A DNA stretch of 64,000 nt, from positions 1 through 64,000 of the IMG/VR virus record IMGVR_UViG_3300033145_000692; one strand, given 5' to 3'. Origin of the DNA: a virus. Position numbers and translations under genes: made by a program. The notes beneath the pieces were generated by a model, which ran no database searches, was not told the origin of the DNA, and worked only from the letters and a program-made list of their open reading frames with translations. Shown here one piece after another: positions 19,022-28,089 of this stretch. Numbering within the stretch: position 1 is the first letter of the stretch; the number at the start of each line of letters is the position of its first letter.

Positions 19022-19389
19022 TTAGACTCCTTGAGTAGTTTGTTGACTGACAATGTCTTCAGAAAGTTCGTTAGCTGAGAGTTTGCCATCTGAGCATTGT
19101 CGAACAGAGCTTGCAATACTTCAGCGTCGGGTACTTTGCCGTCATAAGGTACATCACGAAACTGGTTTGGCCAGAACATGGTACGATCAATCAAGTTGAT
19201 GTCAATTGGATGATCGCCGTCAGGATCTGCCTGACATTTGAGTTCAACTAAATGGTTTATAATGGAGTAGAGATCATTGACATCTTGTGGAGTGATAGCC
19301 GCCCAGCCACCATCCGACTCTCTCCAACCATCCAACCACTTGGTTATCATCTTGGAGACAAATTTCCTCGAAGGACTGTATACTGTCAT
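19018..19389 (-). CDS. Hypothetical protein
   Basis: ATGA-coupled between sufS and nrdJ. Confidence 0.65.
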   Translation of the reverse strand: MTVYSPSRKFVSKMITKWLDGWRESDGGWAAITPQDVNDLYSIINHLVELKCQADPDGDHPIDINLIDRTMFWPNQFRDVPYDGKVPDAEVLQALFDNAQMANSQLTNFLKTLSVNKLLKESK

Positions 19390-20564
19390 TTGGCATTCTC
19401 CCTGAACTCTCTCTGGATGCGTTCAACGTGGAAACACAGGTCGTCAATGTCTGACCAGTCATTCAAGAAGTTGAAGCTGGCGCGGACACTTCCACTAGGA
19501 CAATTGAGAAATCTGTGAAGAGGTCTTGCACAATGAGTGCCACCTCTCACAGAAATACCCACGTCGGCTAAGCAAGCAGCCACATCATGCGAATGGGCAT
19601 CCTCCACAACGAAACTGATGACGGGAGACCTACCATTGATACCTCCACCGAGAATTCTCACGTTGATGTCTGAAAGCTTCCTGTAGGCATAATCAGTTAT
19701 CCTCTCCTCACGAATTTTTCTCAGGTGACGTTCGGTAGGTTCACATTGGATATATTCCACTGCTGCCCCCAGACCGATTGCTTGGATGATCGGTGGCGTA
19801 CCTGATTCAAACATCCTTGCTTGGTCCACCCACTGAAACATTGGACGGATGTCTTGGAGAACCACATCAAGACCCGGCATCCCACCACCGAAAGACGAAG
19901 GTTGAATCTGGTCGAGCATTGTTTCCTTGATGTATAGGACTCCAATCCCAGTTGGTCCAAACATCTTGTGACCGCTGAACGCCATGAAATCGACGAACAT
20001 ATCCTCGACGTTATGGGGGTAGTGAGCGATACTCTGCGCCGCATCAGCCAACACCATAGCACCTACCTTATGAGCAGCCATGGTTAGTTTGGAGATATCA
20101 TTCCTGGTACCAAGGACATTAGAGACAACGGGCAATGCAACGATCTTGGTACGTGCATTGAGAAGTTCCAAGTAGGCTCTCTCGTCGATGTTACCGAAGT
20201 TGTCAATTGGGACCACCTTCAAGGTCGCACCCGTGCGATTGGCAAGGGCGATCCAAGGAACAAGGTTGGAATGGTGATCCATGACGGTCACCATGATCTC
20301 ATCGCCCTTCCCGAGTATCCATTTCAGACCACGGGCTACGATATTGATTGCCTCGGTAGCTCCACTGGTGAAGACAATCTCCTTCCTATCAGCACCAATA
20401 AAATTTGCCACTTTGAATCTGGCGTTCTCGAACGCTTTGGTAGTAGCCTCAGCTTCGTCATGGAAACTTCGGTGGACATTGCTGTATGTATCACAGGCAT
20501 CATCCATCACTTTCCTAACAGATTTGGCGCAAGGTGTGCTGGCGGCGTTATCGAGATAGATCAT
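19386..20564 (-). CDS. sufS: Cysteine desulfurase, SufS/group II type
   Basis: YLDNAAST, FTSGATEAIN, HHSN, DAAQS, FSGHKMFGPTGIG (PLP Lys), RGGTHCA (catalytic Cys). Confidence 0.92.
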   Translation of the reverse strand: MIYLDNAASTPCAKSVRKVMDDACDTYSNVHRSFHDEAEATTKAFENARFKVANFIGADRKEIVFTSGATEAINIVARGLKWILGKGDEIMVTVMDHHSNLVPWIALANRTGATLKVVPIDNFGNIDERAYLELLNARTKIVALPVVSNVLGTRNDISKLTMAAHKVGAMVLADAAQSIAHYPHNVEDMFVDFMAFSGHKMFGPTGIGVLYIKETMLDQIQPSSFGGGMPGLDVVLQDIRPMFQWVDQARMFESGTPPIIQAIGLGAAVEYIQCEPTERHLRKIREERITDYAYRKLSDINVRILGGGINGRSPVISFVVEDAHSHDVAACLADVGISVRGGTHCARPLHRFLNCPSGSVRASFNFLNDWSDIDDLCFHVERIQREFRENAK

Positions 20565-20567
20565 ATC

Positions 20568-20786
20568 TTAATTCTGTTCCTTGGTGACCGCGCTTCTGAG
20601 CCCAAACGTGATGTAGGGAATCACTTCCCCTTCAACTTGTTTGTCGCCAACATCCTGGTAGTCGAGGGTCATACGTGCATCACCGACTTCGGGGTGATTA
20701 CCGTGGACCTCTTGGAGAATCTCAAGGAGTTTCTCAGGACGTAGCTTGGCCCCTAAGAGCCGCTTTGCTGCTACTTCATTGATCAT
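20568..20786 (-). CDS. Hypothetical protein
   Basis: Coupled small ORF. Confidence 0.6.
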   Translation of the reverse strand: MINEVAAKRLLGAKLRPEKLLEILQEVHGNHPEVGDARMTLDYQDVGDKQVEGEVIPYITFGLRSAVTKEQN

Positions 20787-20980
20787 TACTCTTCTCCCAT
20801 ATAAGGTGTGTTGTGCAAACGCCCATCCTCCCAGTTATCCTGGATGTTGTCGGGTTTCCCATGTTGACCACATTCAGGACAAATCCACCCATTATCACCG
20901 TACTGGACACGGGTGTTACAGTGCCAGCAAAGCGGCACCTCCTTCTTTGACTTCTTTGACTTCTTTGACTTCTTCGACAT
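20786..20980 (-). CDS. Small zinc-ribbon protein
   Basis: CWHC...CPECG; N-terminal SKK repeats. Confidence 0.6.
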   Translation of the reverse strand: MSKKSKKSKKSKKEVPLCWHCNTRVQYGDNGWICPECGQHGKPDNIQDNWEDGRLHNTPYMGEE

Positions 20981-21470
20981 CTTTCACCTCTGGTTCAATC
21001 ACAAAACGAATTCCATCAAGAGATTCCCCGTTGATACAGAAGTACCCTGGCAAAATTACTCCACCAGCTTTCAGACCTACCTTGGAAATCCAATCAGTCA
21101 GACCGTTTGGATTCCCGGAATACCCAGCGTATACCCATGACTCCGGAATTGCCAAGTAGATCCGCACATCCGACTTGGACTGGATCAACATCGACTTGAC
21201 TGCTTCCAGAAGCATCTGAGACACACCCTGACGGCGGTACTGCTCCTTGACGCATAGCTTCTCGATAATTAGTCCATCCTGGTTGAGAACACACACTGCC
21301 ATCCCAACAGGTGGACCATCGAGACCATCCTTGACGAGGAAAACAACCTTGGTGTCATCATTCAACCAGTATAGCCAGTATTCTGGGGCCCAGACATCAT
21401 CAAAGCACTTCAAGTCGATGTCGTATAGAAGCCCCTTGTCACACCATTCAGCAGTGCCTATCACGAACAT
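20916..21470 (-). CDS. GNAT-family acetyltransferase (RimI-like)
   Basis: IDLKCFDDVW; LCVKEQYRRQGVSQMLL acetyl-CoA motif. Confidence 0.8.
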   Translation of the reverse strand: MFVIGTAEWCDKGLLYDIDLKCFDDVWAPEYWLYWLNDDTKVVFLVKDGLDGPPVGMAVCVLNQDGLIIEKLCVKEQYRRQGVSQMLLEAVKSMLIQSKSDVRIYLAIPESWVYAGYSGNPNGLTDWISKVGLKAGGVILPGYFCINGESLDGIRFVIEPEVKDVEEVKEVKEVKEGGAALLAL

Positions 21471-21473
21471 GGC

Positions 21474-22511
21474 TTATCCCTTGAAAAATGGGGTTCTGGT
21501 TGTCTCACTGTACCAATTCTCTTCCTTTGACCCATCAGACGCTAGCCCTGTGGCGATATCATTTAAGACTGCGACTCGCTCATCAGACTCTTCCCGTGGT
21601 AGGTCAGTGAAGACATGACCACTCGTTATGGCTTCCCAACAGTTCTTCACACGCGCTTCGAGTTCAAACTGGTAGGAGGACTTCACACGTGAACGGTGGT
21701 TGGCAACACGTAGCAGTGGGTACTCACCCTTGAGCACATCGCCGGTCGGTTTTGACACCAGTTCGTCGATACATACGATTGTCTCTTCTGAGCCAACCGT
21801 GTCGCCGAGCAGCCACCCATAGAGCGTACACTGAGAAGCGTAACTCTCGGAACAACTCTCCATGTAATCCCTGTTGATGATCATACCACGGAAGTCATGT
21901 TCCATGTACATTTTGTGGGACTTCATATGGGACGCACTCGTCTTGAGTTTCCCAGACTTATTCGGAATGGGGTCATAGGCATCACGACAAAGCATGTAGC
22001 CCTTCGTTGGGCTGGCGGCGTACTTCGAGCAGAAGGATTTTACTTTCCAATCCAAGATCACACTGATGCGACCTTCCCCGAGATCAAGTACGAAACGGCA
22101 ATCTGGCTTCCCAAGGAAAGGGGCACCACCAACTGTTCCTGTCAGCTTGCACTCGAACCTTGGGTCTTCAACCGATTGCTTGAGAAGTGCCAACAGTTCG
22201 TCATAGCTGCCGGTTTTCTTGTACTGCTCAAAACAGAAGAGACCGGCTTTCCATGCGAAGTCTCGGTTATGTTCTTCAACCTGGTCTTCAAAAAGTGTGG
22301 TCAATTCGTACACTGGATCAACGCCCTTGCCGAATAGCTCTTCGTGTAATGACGACTTTACATAGGCATCAAAGGCAGAGCCTACGCACATCGGACCTGT
22401 TTGAAGAAGCTTAGCCGGACGGCTGTCCGCTAGGTACTTCAAGACAAACTCTTCGGTGTCCGTCTCGAACAAGTTCTGTGACGAGTAGGACAGATAAGTT
22501 GGGATTCTCAA
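21474..22511 (-). CDS. PD-(D/E)XK exonuclease (RecB/Cas4-like phage exonuclease)
   Basis: LSYSS, GSAFD, FLGKPD...ILDWK, QCTLY. Confidence 0.7.
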   Translation of the reverse strand: MRIPTYLSYSSQNLFETDTEEFVLKYLADSRPAKLLQTGPMCVGSAFDAYVKSSLHEELFGKGVDPVYELTTLFEDQVEEHNRDFAWKAGLFCFEQYKKTGSYDELLALLKQSVEDPRFECKLTGTVGGAPFLGKPDCRFVLDLGEGRISVILDWKVKSFCSKYAASPTKGYMLCRDAYDPIPNKSGKLKTSASHMKSHKMYMEHDFRGMIINRDYMESCSESYASQCTLYGWLLGDTVGSEETIVCIDELVSKPTGDVLKGEYPLLRVANHRSRVKSSYQFELEARVKNCWEAITSGHVFTDLPREESDERVAVLNDIATGLASDGSKEENWYSETTRTPFFKG

Positions 22512-22777
22512 GTGATGATACCTCCCGATCGACCTTGGGCTAACCTCTCGGCAACGACTTCACCCATACAGAGCTTGCTCAGTTCGGTCAGGTCACGTGC
22601 ATTCTTTCCGACCCAGTAGGCGACCTGCTTAGCGTTGCCGAGCTTCTTTGCCGCCAATAGTGCATCGAGTCCGCCTTTGAGATTTTTGACTTTCTCGTCA
22701 AGCTTCGTGACGAACTCATCGTGGTTCATCTTGGATTTACCCTGCGTTGGTGTTGGTGTCTCCATTGGTGTCTCCAT
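22508..22777 (-). CDS. Hypothetical protein
   Basis: ORF in run; start uncertain (22777 or 22729). Confidence 0.55.
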   Translation of the reverse strand: METPMETPTPTQGKSKMNHDEFVTKLDEKVKNLKGGLDALLAAKKLGNAKQVAYWVGKNARDLTELSKLCMGEVVAERLAQGRSGGIIT

Positions 22778-23075
22778 CGGTGTCCCCTTGTGCTTGTTGA
22801 ATCTGGATAAGCAAGTCTTCGTAGTCTTCGTCCGAAAGTCCCTCATGGTGCATCATTATTCCGATGTCACAGAGAAACGGGGAGAAGAAATTGGTAACCC
22901 GGTGCATGATTCTGCCAGCGAGGTAGATCATCTGGGCTCGATCAAATCTACTTCGGTATATTATGAACTTGTTCAGGTCTGCCTTGAGACCTTCCAGTTC
23001 AATCTGATCTCCATCAACCATGTCCGGCGCACACCGTACTTGATCGCTTTCTGATGGTGTTAGTCGCTCAACCAT
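22737..23075 (-). CDS. Hypothetical protein
   Basis: GGAGG RBS. Confidence 0.6.
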   Translation of the reverse strand: MVERLTPSESDQVRCAPDMVDGDQIELEGLKADLNKFIIYRSRFDRAQMIYLAGRIMHRVTNFFSPFLCDIGIMMHHEGLSDEDYEDLLIQIQQAQGDTDGDTNGDTNTNAG

Positions 23076-23367
23076 TTATGGTACCCTCCATCCCGGCGAA
23101 GACAGTGACTTCCTCATGTAACCCAGGCAGTGTCGCCTTGGATGGCATCTGATCCACTAAGTGCTGACAACACTCCACCTGAAGCGTTGAAGCCACACGG
23201 ATTAGAATCCCAGCGAACATCATAGCTCTCAGTGGGTCATCTGCACGAATGCAGGCAAGGAGTCCGTCAAAGGCATACTGCAACTGATCAAAGATTGTTG
23301 GCTGCATTTGGGGCTCGGGTTGGGGCTCGGGTTGGACATCTTGTACGTTGGTTTCGTCTCGCGGCAT
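23068..23367 (-). CDS. Hypothetical protein
   Basis: Coupled ORF. Confidence 0.6.
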   Translation of the reverse strand: MPRDETNVQDVQPEPQPEPQMQPTIFDQLQYAFDGLLACIRADDPLRAMMFAGILIRVASTLQVECCQHLVDQMPSKATLPGLHEEVTVFAGMEGTING

Positions 23368-23903
23368 CAGCTTTCTCCTAAAAGTTTCATACAGAAATTG
23401 TAATCGTGATTATCCATCGGATTGATCGCCATATAGTCAATCAGATGTCTGTCGAGTGCATCCCAAACCATCTGATCGACCCTGACTGCATCCGCCCGAT
23501 TTTGCCACCTACCAAGAGTTTCATAGGGCGTGGCCCCACTACGTGTTACCAGAATGTTGAAGGTAGGGTACTCTTCGTCAAACTTCCGACAGATGTCCAC
23601 CAGTGGTTCGTATGCAGGTGAGTTATCCTCAAATGCGTAGATGCACTGGAGAAAGAGTGGAGAGTCGGTAACAACGCTTTTGACTCCAGCCGACAGTGGA
23701 AGATGTTCAGCCTCAAACTGCTGTCCGAATGTGTTGACATAGTCCCAAGGTTTCAAAGTTCTTCCAGCATACACATACTGTTTGACCACTTCCTGGACTA
23801 ACTCAACATTGAAAAACCCTCTTCGCAGGTCGGAGTAGATTCGTGCGGCGAGCGTGCTTTTACCAACCCCCGGACCTCCGTAGATGTTGATTCGTGGTTT
23901 CAT
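23367..23903 (-). CDS. P-loop nucleotide kinase-like protein (AAA_28/NadR-like)
   Basis: INIYGGPGVGKST, ELVQEVVK, VTDSPL. Confidence 0.8.
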   Translation of the reverse strand: MKPRINIYGGPGVGKSTLAARIYSDLRRGFFNVELVQEVVKQYVYAGRTLKPWDYVNTFGQQFEAEHLPLSAGVKSVVTDSPLFLQCIYAFEDNSPAYEPLVDICRKFDEEYPTFNILVTRSGATPYETLGRWQNRADAVRVDQMVWDALDRHLIDYMAINPMDNHDYNFCMKLLGES

Positions 23904-24367
23904 CGTCCCCCCACTCGAAGGATATAGCTGAAACAGTTTCTGTCCTCGCTGATGAGCATTTGCCAAGGTGTGCGGGCGATGCAAAGTGGTATCACTGTTC
24001 GCAGTTCAGGTAGGACACGGCTTCCGACTTCCAGGGCTTGTCTTAATCCCACTACCATCGGAGGTTCGTTTCCATAGTAAATAGTCTTGAATGGACCCTT
24101 AAATGGGCAGAGTACAACGTGGACGATCCAGTCGGGACCATGCATGGTTCCAATGACTTCGCACATTGGTAGTTCAGCTTCAAAACCCGTTCCTTCTGCC
24201 AACTCGCGGATAGCCGCTCGTACAGGTGTCTCACCTGGTTCGACTCTCCCACCTGGAAGATTAAGCCTACCAGCTTGCCAGGAAGGGTTTTTCTTGTCAA
24301 TAAGAACCACCCAATCAATGTCTGGATTGTCAATCGACTCCGCGTAACATAGAACATACTCTACCAT
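23900..24367 (-). CDS. NUDIX hydrolase
   Basis: NLPGGRVEPGETPVRAAIRELAEGTG (Nudix box with second Glu replaced by Gly). Confidence 0.85.
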   Translation of the reverse strand: MVEYVLCYAESIDNPDIDWVVLIDKKNPSWQAGRLNLPGGRVEPGETPVRAAIRELAEGTGFEAELPMCEVIGTMHGPDWIVHVVLCPFKGPFKTIYYGNEPPMVVGLRQALEVGSRVLPELRTVIPLCIARTPWQMLISEDRNCFSYILRVGGR

Positions 24368-24783
24368 ACCACCTCCAATATGTGATCGTTGTCAATATGT
24401 AAATGTCCAATCCAAGGTGGGTAGTCGTGCATGGCTTCGTGGACCAGGACGAAGGCTCCCAGGTGGGTGTCACCTAAGAGGATCGCGCTGTCTATTGTGA
24501 CACCAGGACATAATGGGTGGTTCCAACCGTCGATACCTTCCGGAAGCTGCATCACCTTGACGCAAAAGGGTCCGATCCGCCGGTATCGACATATGGTGTA
24601 CTCCAGGACGCCTGCCATCTTTTCGTCTTTGCAGACCTCCAACCGTGCTTCCAGGTGGGTGAGAATACTGTCGAGCCACCCCTGCTCGACTACCCCACCA
24701 CCGGGCGTCAACGCCAACGCATACGGCAGCAGGAGGAATCCTAACAAACCCACCTGGAAGCACCACAACAATCGAACTTTCAT
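24361..24783 (-). CDS. Putative secreted zincin metallopeptidase
   Basis: Hydrophobic N-terminus; LVHEAMH. Confidence 0.55.
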   Translation of the reverse strand: MKVRLLWCFQVGLLGFLLLPYALALTPGGGVVEQGWLDSILTHLEARLEVCKDEKMAGVLEYTICRYRRIGPFCVKVMQLPEGIDGWNHPLCPGVTIDSAILLGDTHLGAFVLVHEAMHDYPPWIGHLHIDNDHILEVVW

Positions 24784-25115
24784 AGCTCACCAACTCCCTG
24801 TCCTGGTAAACACTTGTAGATACTCGTTGGTGTGTAGGTAATCTGCCCGATCTCACACTGGGCAATGACCACGGGACCCGCATTCAAGGTGTCACCATGT
24901 TCAACAACTATTTGGAGAGAAAACAAATCCTTGATGTATTCTTTCAGACATGTCGTTGGGTCACTGTCAAAGTCCTCTCGCACCTTTTCAATGGTGAGAC
25001 GGATTGCACCCTTGAGTTGAGCAATGGTCGGGACCCCATAGAACAACCCTCCCATATACAACCGACCTCTGTGCCAGTTACCTTGACTTTGAGAATCTGG
25101 ATGACTATCATACAC
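24780..25115 (-). CDS. Hypothetical protein, four-paralog array member
   Basis: FYGVP...AI...IGQI motif. Confidence 0.65.
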   Translation of the reverse strand: MYDSHPDSQSQGNWHRGRLYMGGLFYGVPTIAQLKGAIRLTIEKVREDFDSDPTTCLKEYIKDLFSLQIVVEHGDTLNAGPVVIAQCEIGQITYTPTSIYKCLPGQGVGEL

Positions 25116-25431
25116 ACCTCAGAGTTTCTTCTCTGACCATGTAACAGTTAAGGCGGGTACACTGGATGGTTCCGATTCGTATACCGGCGACTTCGATATC
25201 TTCCTTAATGTGATTGAAAGCTGAGTTCACCACGACTTGCATAGCGATGCGGTAGTCTTCAGCTTCATCTTGCTCGTGTTCGAGCCCACCGGCTAACAAT
25301 CTTTTGATGTTTAACTCGATGGCGACTATGATATCTTCCTTGCTTGGAACTCCGACAAACATTCCCATCCACTCTCGGGAAGTTGCCTCAGGGGCGACGG
25401 TGATACAGTTGAATTGTTCCTCGTTAATCAT
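25108..25431 (-). CDS. Hypothetical protein, four-paralog array member
   Basis: WMGMFVGVP...AI...VAGIRIGTI. Confidence 0.65.
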   Translation of the reverse strand: MINEEQFNCITVAPEATSREWMGMFVGVPSKEDIIVAIELNIKRLLAGGLEHEQDEAEDYRIAMQVVVNSAFNHIKEDIEVAGIRIGTIQCTRLNCYMVREETLRCV

Positions 25432-25719
25432 TCAAGTGACCTCAATCTGGATTACTTCTGGTGAATTCAAAACGTAAATCATGCCTACTTTCTCACCATA
25501 GGCTCTACACTCCATTTGAGTACCTTCTGGCAGCCCAAAGTCGGCGACAAGGGCACGGTACCTTCTGTGGAGTGGGTGTTGGCTCGACTCCTTGATCTCT
25601 TCATCGAGTAGTTGTAGTACCTTCTCGATGGATAGTGGTCCCATAATGAAGCGGTTCCACATGAAGTCACCTGTCATCAACTCGATGGTGATCTCGAAAA
25701 CTTGATGCTTAAAAATCAT
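25432..25719 (-). CDS. Hypothetical protein, four-paralog array member
   Basis: WNRFIMGP...AYGEKVGMI; AAGGAG RBS. Confidence 0.65.
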   Translation of the reverse strand: MIFKHQVFEITIELMTGDFMWNRFIMGPLSIEKVLQLLDEEIKESSQHPLHRRYRALVADFGLPEGTQMECRAYGEKVGMIYVLNSPEVIQIEVT

Positions 25720-26062
25720 CCTGGGCTCCTTGTGTGTCACAGGCGTGTCCGATAACTTTCGCCCTGATATACCCAACTGTTGCACCGGCATAGGTGCAGA
25801 CTCTGACGGTATCCCTGTTTGCGTGGAATACTGGTTTGTTTGGTAACCTTTGGTCGCGAACCAGTTGGGAATAGTTCTGGTAGGTGTTCGTCAACAGCGT
25901 CTGTTGCCCTGGGTCATTCTTTAGTGCATCAGTGAGTATCTTAAGAGTCTCGGTGATAGCCGTCGTCACCTCGATCTCATCGGGGTACCCAATGAAGAAT
26001 TGACGCCAACTGCCACCGCCAGTAATACAGATGTTGATCTCGTAGATGTAGTACTTATCCAT
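25709..26062 (-). CDS. Hypothetical protein, four-paralog array member
   Basis: WRQFFIGYP...AI...YAGATVGYI. Confidence 0.65.
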   Translation of the reverse strand: MDKYYIYEINICITGGGSWRQFFIGYPDEIEVTTAITETLKILTDALKNDPGQQTLLTNTYQNYSQLVRDQRLPNKPVFHANRDTVRVCTYAGATVGYIRAKVIGHACDTQGAQDDF

Positions 26063-27158
26063 TGTCCCGTGCGCCCTTTCGATCCAGGTAGTCGGCTGAG
26101 ATGAACTTGACAATTGCACGTGACGGAGAGAGGTTTTCGCCGATCTTTCCGGTGTATCGCTCCTCGACAGGTCGAATGACAATACCCTCTCGACCCTTGA
26201 AGCCAACCTTCGGTGTGTTGACCAATGTCGAACCCATGGCATACTTCTCAAGCCTACCACTTACCAGGTGGTAGGGACCTCGGAACAGTAATGGTACTAT
26301 CGGAATTTCATAGTTCAGGCAGAGATTACTGGTGTCGTTCCAGTGGAGGTAGGAGCCATTCACCGATATGTCAAAAACTGCATACCCCTCGTCGCCGTTG
26401 GTACCATAGTTCAAATCTTGAACCTTGTTCCCATAGATTTCCCCAAAGATGATAACGTTGTGCTGCTCGTCACAAAGGTCGTTCAGAAGTCGTAGGACAC
26501 CTTTACGTTCCAGAGGCTTCCAGTACCGTTGGGCTTGCCGAAACTTACCCCAACGGACCTTGTGGCTACCAACTGCAAATACCCACTCATCATTTTCACG
26601 GATGACGCCAACACGGCTGTTTGATCCATGAATCTTCTCGGTCAAGACGATTTCTTCATCTTCTTCAAACACATTCGGATAACGCCAGAACTGTTGGATC
26701 GACGTGTATCGGTGGAAGTAAGGGTCCTCAGGTAGAGCCAGTTGATTGTGCCTTGGAGTGTTTGCGTCCCCGTGGTCGCCGAAATTGATATCGGGTGCCA
26801 CGTACTGACGTGCGCCATACACATCTGTGACATCGAGACCTATCGCCAACTCGTCTGGGCATAGTACTGGGAAACCGTAACTCGGGACTCCACGGAGTCG
26901 GCACGCTGCCACCAGACACTGGATTCGCTCCCCGTCCCAATCGGAGTGCTTCAAGTAGTTCTTGACACCAAGGTGTTCCGACATGTGAACCGGGAGAAGG
27001 ATACCTGGTGGGAAGTAGACCACCCGATCCCCTACCATGTATTCGCCTTTGGTGACGGCGCATGTTGCACCAAGAATCTGAACAATCTCCAGGCGGTCGC
27101 CATTGGGGTGTGGTTCCACGCTGGAGATTTCTTGGATGGTGATGGCAATGTCACTCAA
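26055..27158 (-). CDS. RNA ligase (Rnl2/DRB0094 family with N-terminal OB-like domain)
   Basis: HPNGDRLE, TEKIHGSN, FGEIYG, FDI, REGIVIR, VK. Confidence 0.9.
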   Translation of the reverse strand: MSDIAITIQEISSVEPHPNGDRLEIVQILGATCAVTKGEYMVGDRVVYFPPGILLPVHMSEHLGVKNYLKHSDWDGERIQCLVAACRLRGVPSYGFPVLCPDELAIGLDVTDVYGARQYVAPDINFGDHGDANTPRHNQLALPEDPYFHRYTSIQQFWRYPNVFEEDEEIVLTEKIHGSNSRVGVIRENDEWVFAVGSHKVRWGKFRQAQRYWKPLERKGVLRLLNDLCDEQHNVIIFGEIYGNKVQDLNYGTNGDEGYAVFDISVNGSYLHWNDTSNLCLNYEIPIVPLLFRGPYHLVSGRLEKYAMGSTLVNTPKVGFKGREGIVIRPVEERYTGKIGENLSPSRAIVKFISADYLDRKGARDNG

Positions 27159-27480
27159 CGTCTACCTCAATTTCTACCCGGACACCCGGGTTCAGAATGA
27201 TGCGAGCCGGTACCCGGAAGAAATGGGACCCGTTCCCTTTGGCGAATGTCTCAATCTTGTATGCGCCTATCAGAAGGTTGTTGTGTCCCCAGACCTTCAG
27301 GACGGCTGGAACGCCCACTATGGCATGGACCGTCTCAGACTCTTGTTCCGAGATGGGGTCTGGCTGGGACGCCCTGGAGACCCCTTCTGGGGCGTCTGAG
27401 GAGGTCTCTAGTGGAGTCTCCAGTGGAGTCTTACCACAGGGGTTTTCTCCTAATGTGTCACAGACATGGTTCTTAAACAT
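27151..27480 (-). CDS. Hypothetical protein
   Basis: ORF in run. Confidence 0.5.
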   Translation of the reverse strand: MFKNHVCDTLGENPCGKTPLETPLETSSDAPEGVSRASQPDPISEQESETVHAIVGVPAVLKVWGHNNLLIGAYKIETFAKGNGSHFFRVPARIILNPGVRVEIEVDVE

Positions 27481-27673
27481 CACTTTCGCCCTCTTGTATG
27501 AGAGGCTGCTTGAACAGTTGACGGGTAAAGATTGCATCCTGGCTAACCCCAGCCTCGATTGCAAGCCGGACCTCTTTGACCACGTTGATACAGCAGTGCT
27601 TCAACTTCTTTCCACTCCCACAGGGACATGGCTTGTTACGCTTGACGGGGATTGTCTTGTTCAGGTGCATCAA
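27473..27673 (-). CDS. SEC-C motif protein
   Basis: RNKPCPCGSGKKLKHCC. Confidence 0.8.
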   Translation of the reverse strand: MMHLNKTIPVKRNKPCPCGSGKKLKHCCINVVKEVRLAIEAGVSQDAIFTRQLFKQPLIQEGESDV

Positions 27674-28089
27674 AAATCCTTCACGAAAGAGCCAAAGTTC
27701 TCAGTGATTAACGCTTCCTTGATTTCGTCAGTGGTAACGTTGATGCTGCCATAGTACTCACCAGGGTATTCGTTTCGATCAGCGATGAGTTCAAGAAAAT
27801 GCTCCCAATCGTAGGTGATATATTTCTGATAGCAGTCATCCTCCCCAGCAACCAATTCCCCAATAATACCAAAGTCACCACTTCGGATTGCTACCTTTGA
27901 ATGCTCCTTGATGCAGTGTCTCGACCAGACATCAAAACGGTCTTTGAGAGGAAACTGTTTGTCTATAACAAACTTCCTGAAGATCGTCTGGAGATTAGCC
28001 TCCAGACGATCGTACTCTTCCCCCAGGTTGTCAAGCTTGTTCCCTAACAACCTGACGGCGTTACTTAGCGCCCAAGCTTTCCTATTCAT
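27670..28089 (-). CDS. Hypothetical protein
   Basis: ATGA-coupled to the ligase. Confidence 0.65.
   Translation of the reverse strand: MNRKAWALSNAVRLLGNKLDNLGEEYDRLEANLQTIFRKFVIDKQFPLKDRFDVWSRHCIKEHSKVAIRSGDFGIIGELVAGEDDCYQKYITYDWEHFLELIADRNEYPGEYYGSINVTTDEIKEALITENFGSFVKDF

Noticed and set aside
19386-20564. Dnd/Ssp phosphorothioation system
   Set aside because: Only a SufS-type desulfurase is present; no DndC/D/E or SspB/C/D homolog is recognisable in the window.
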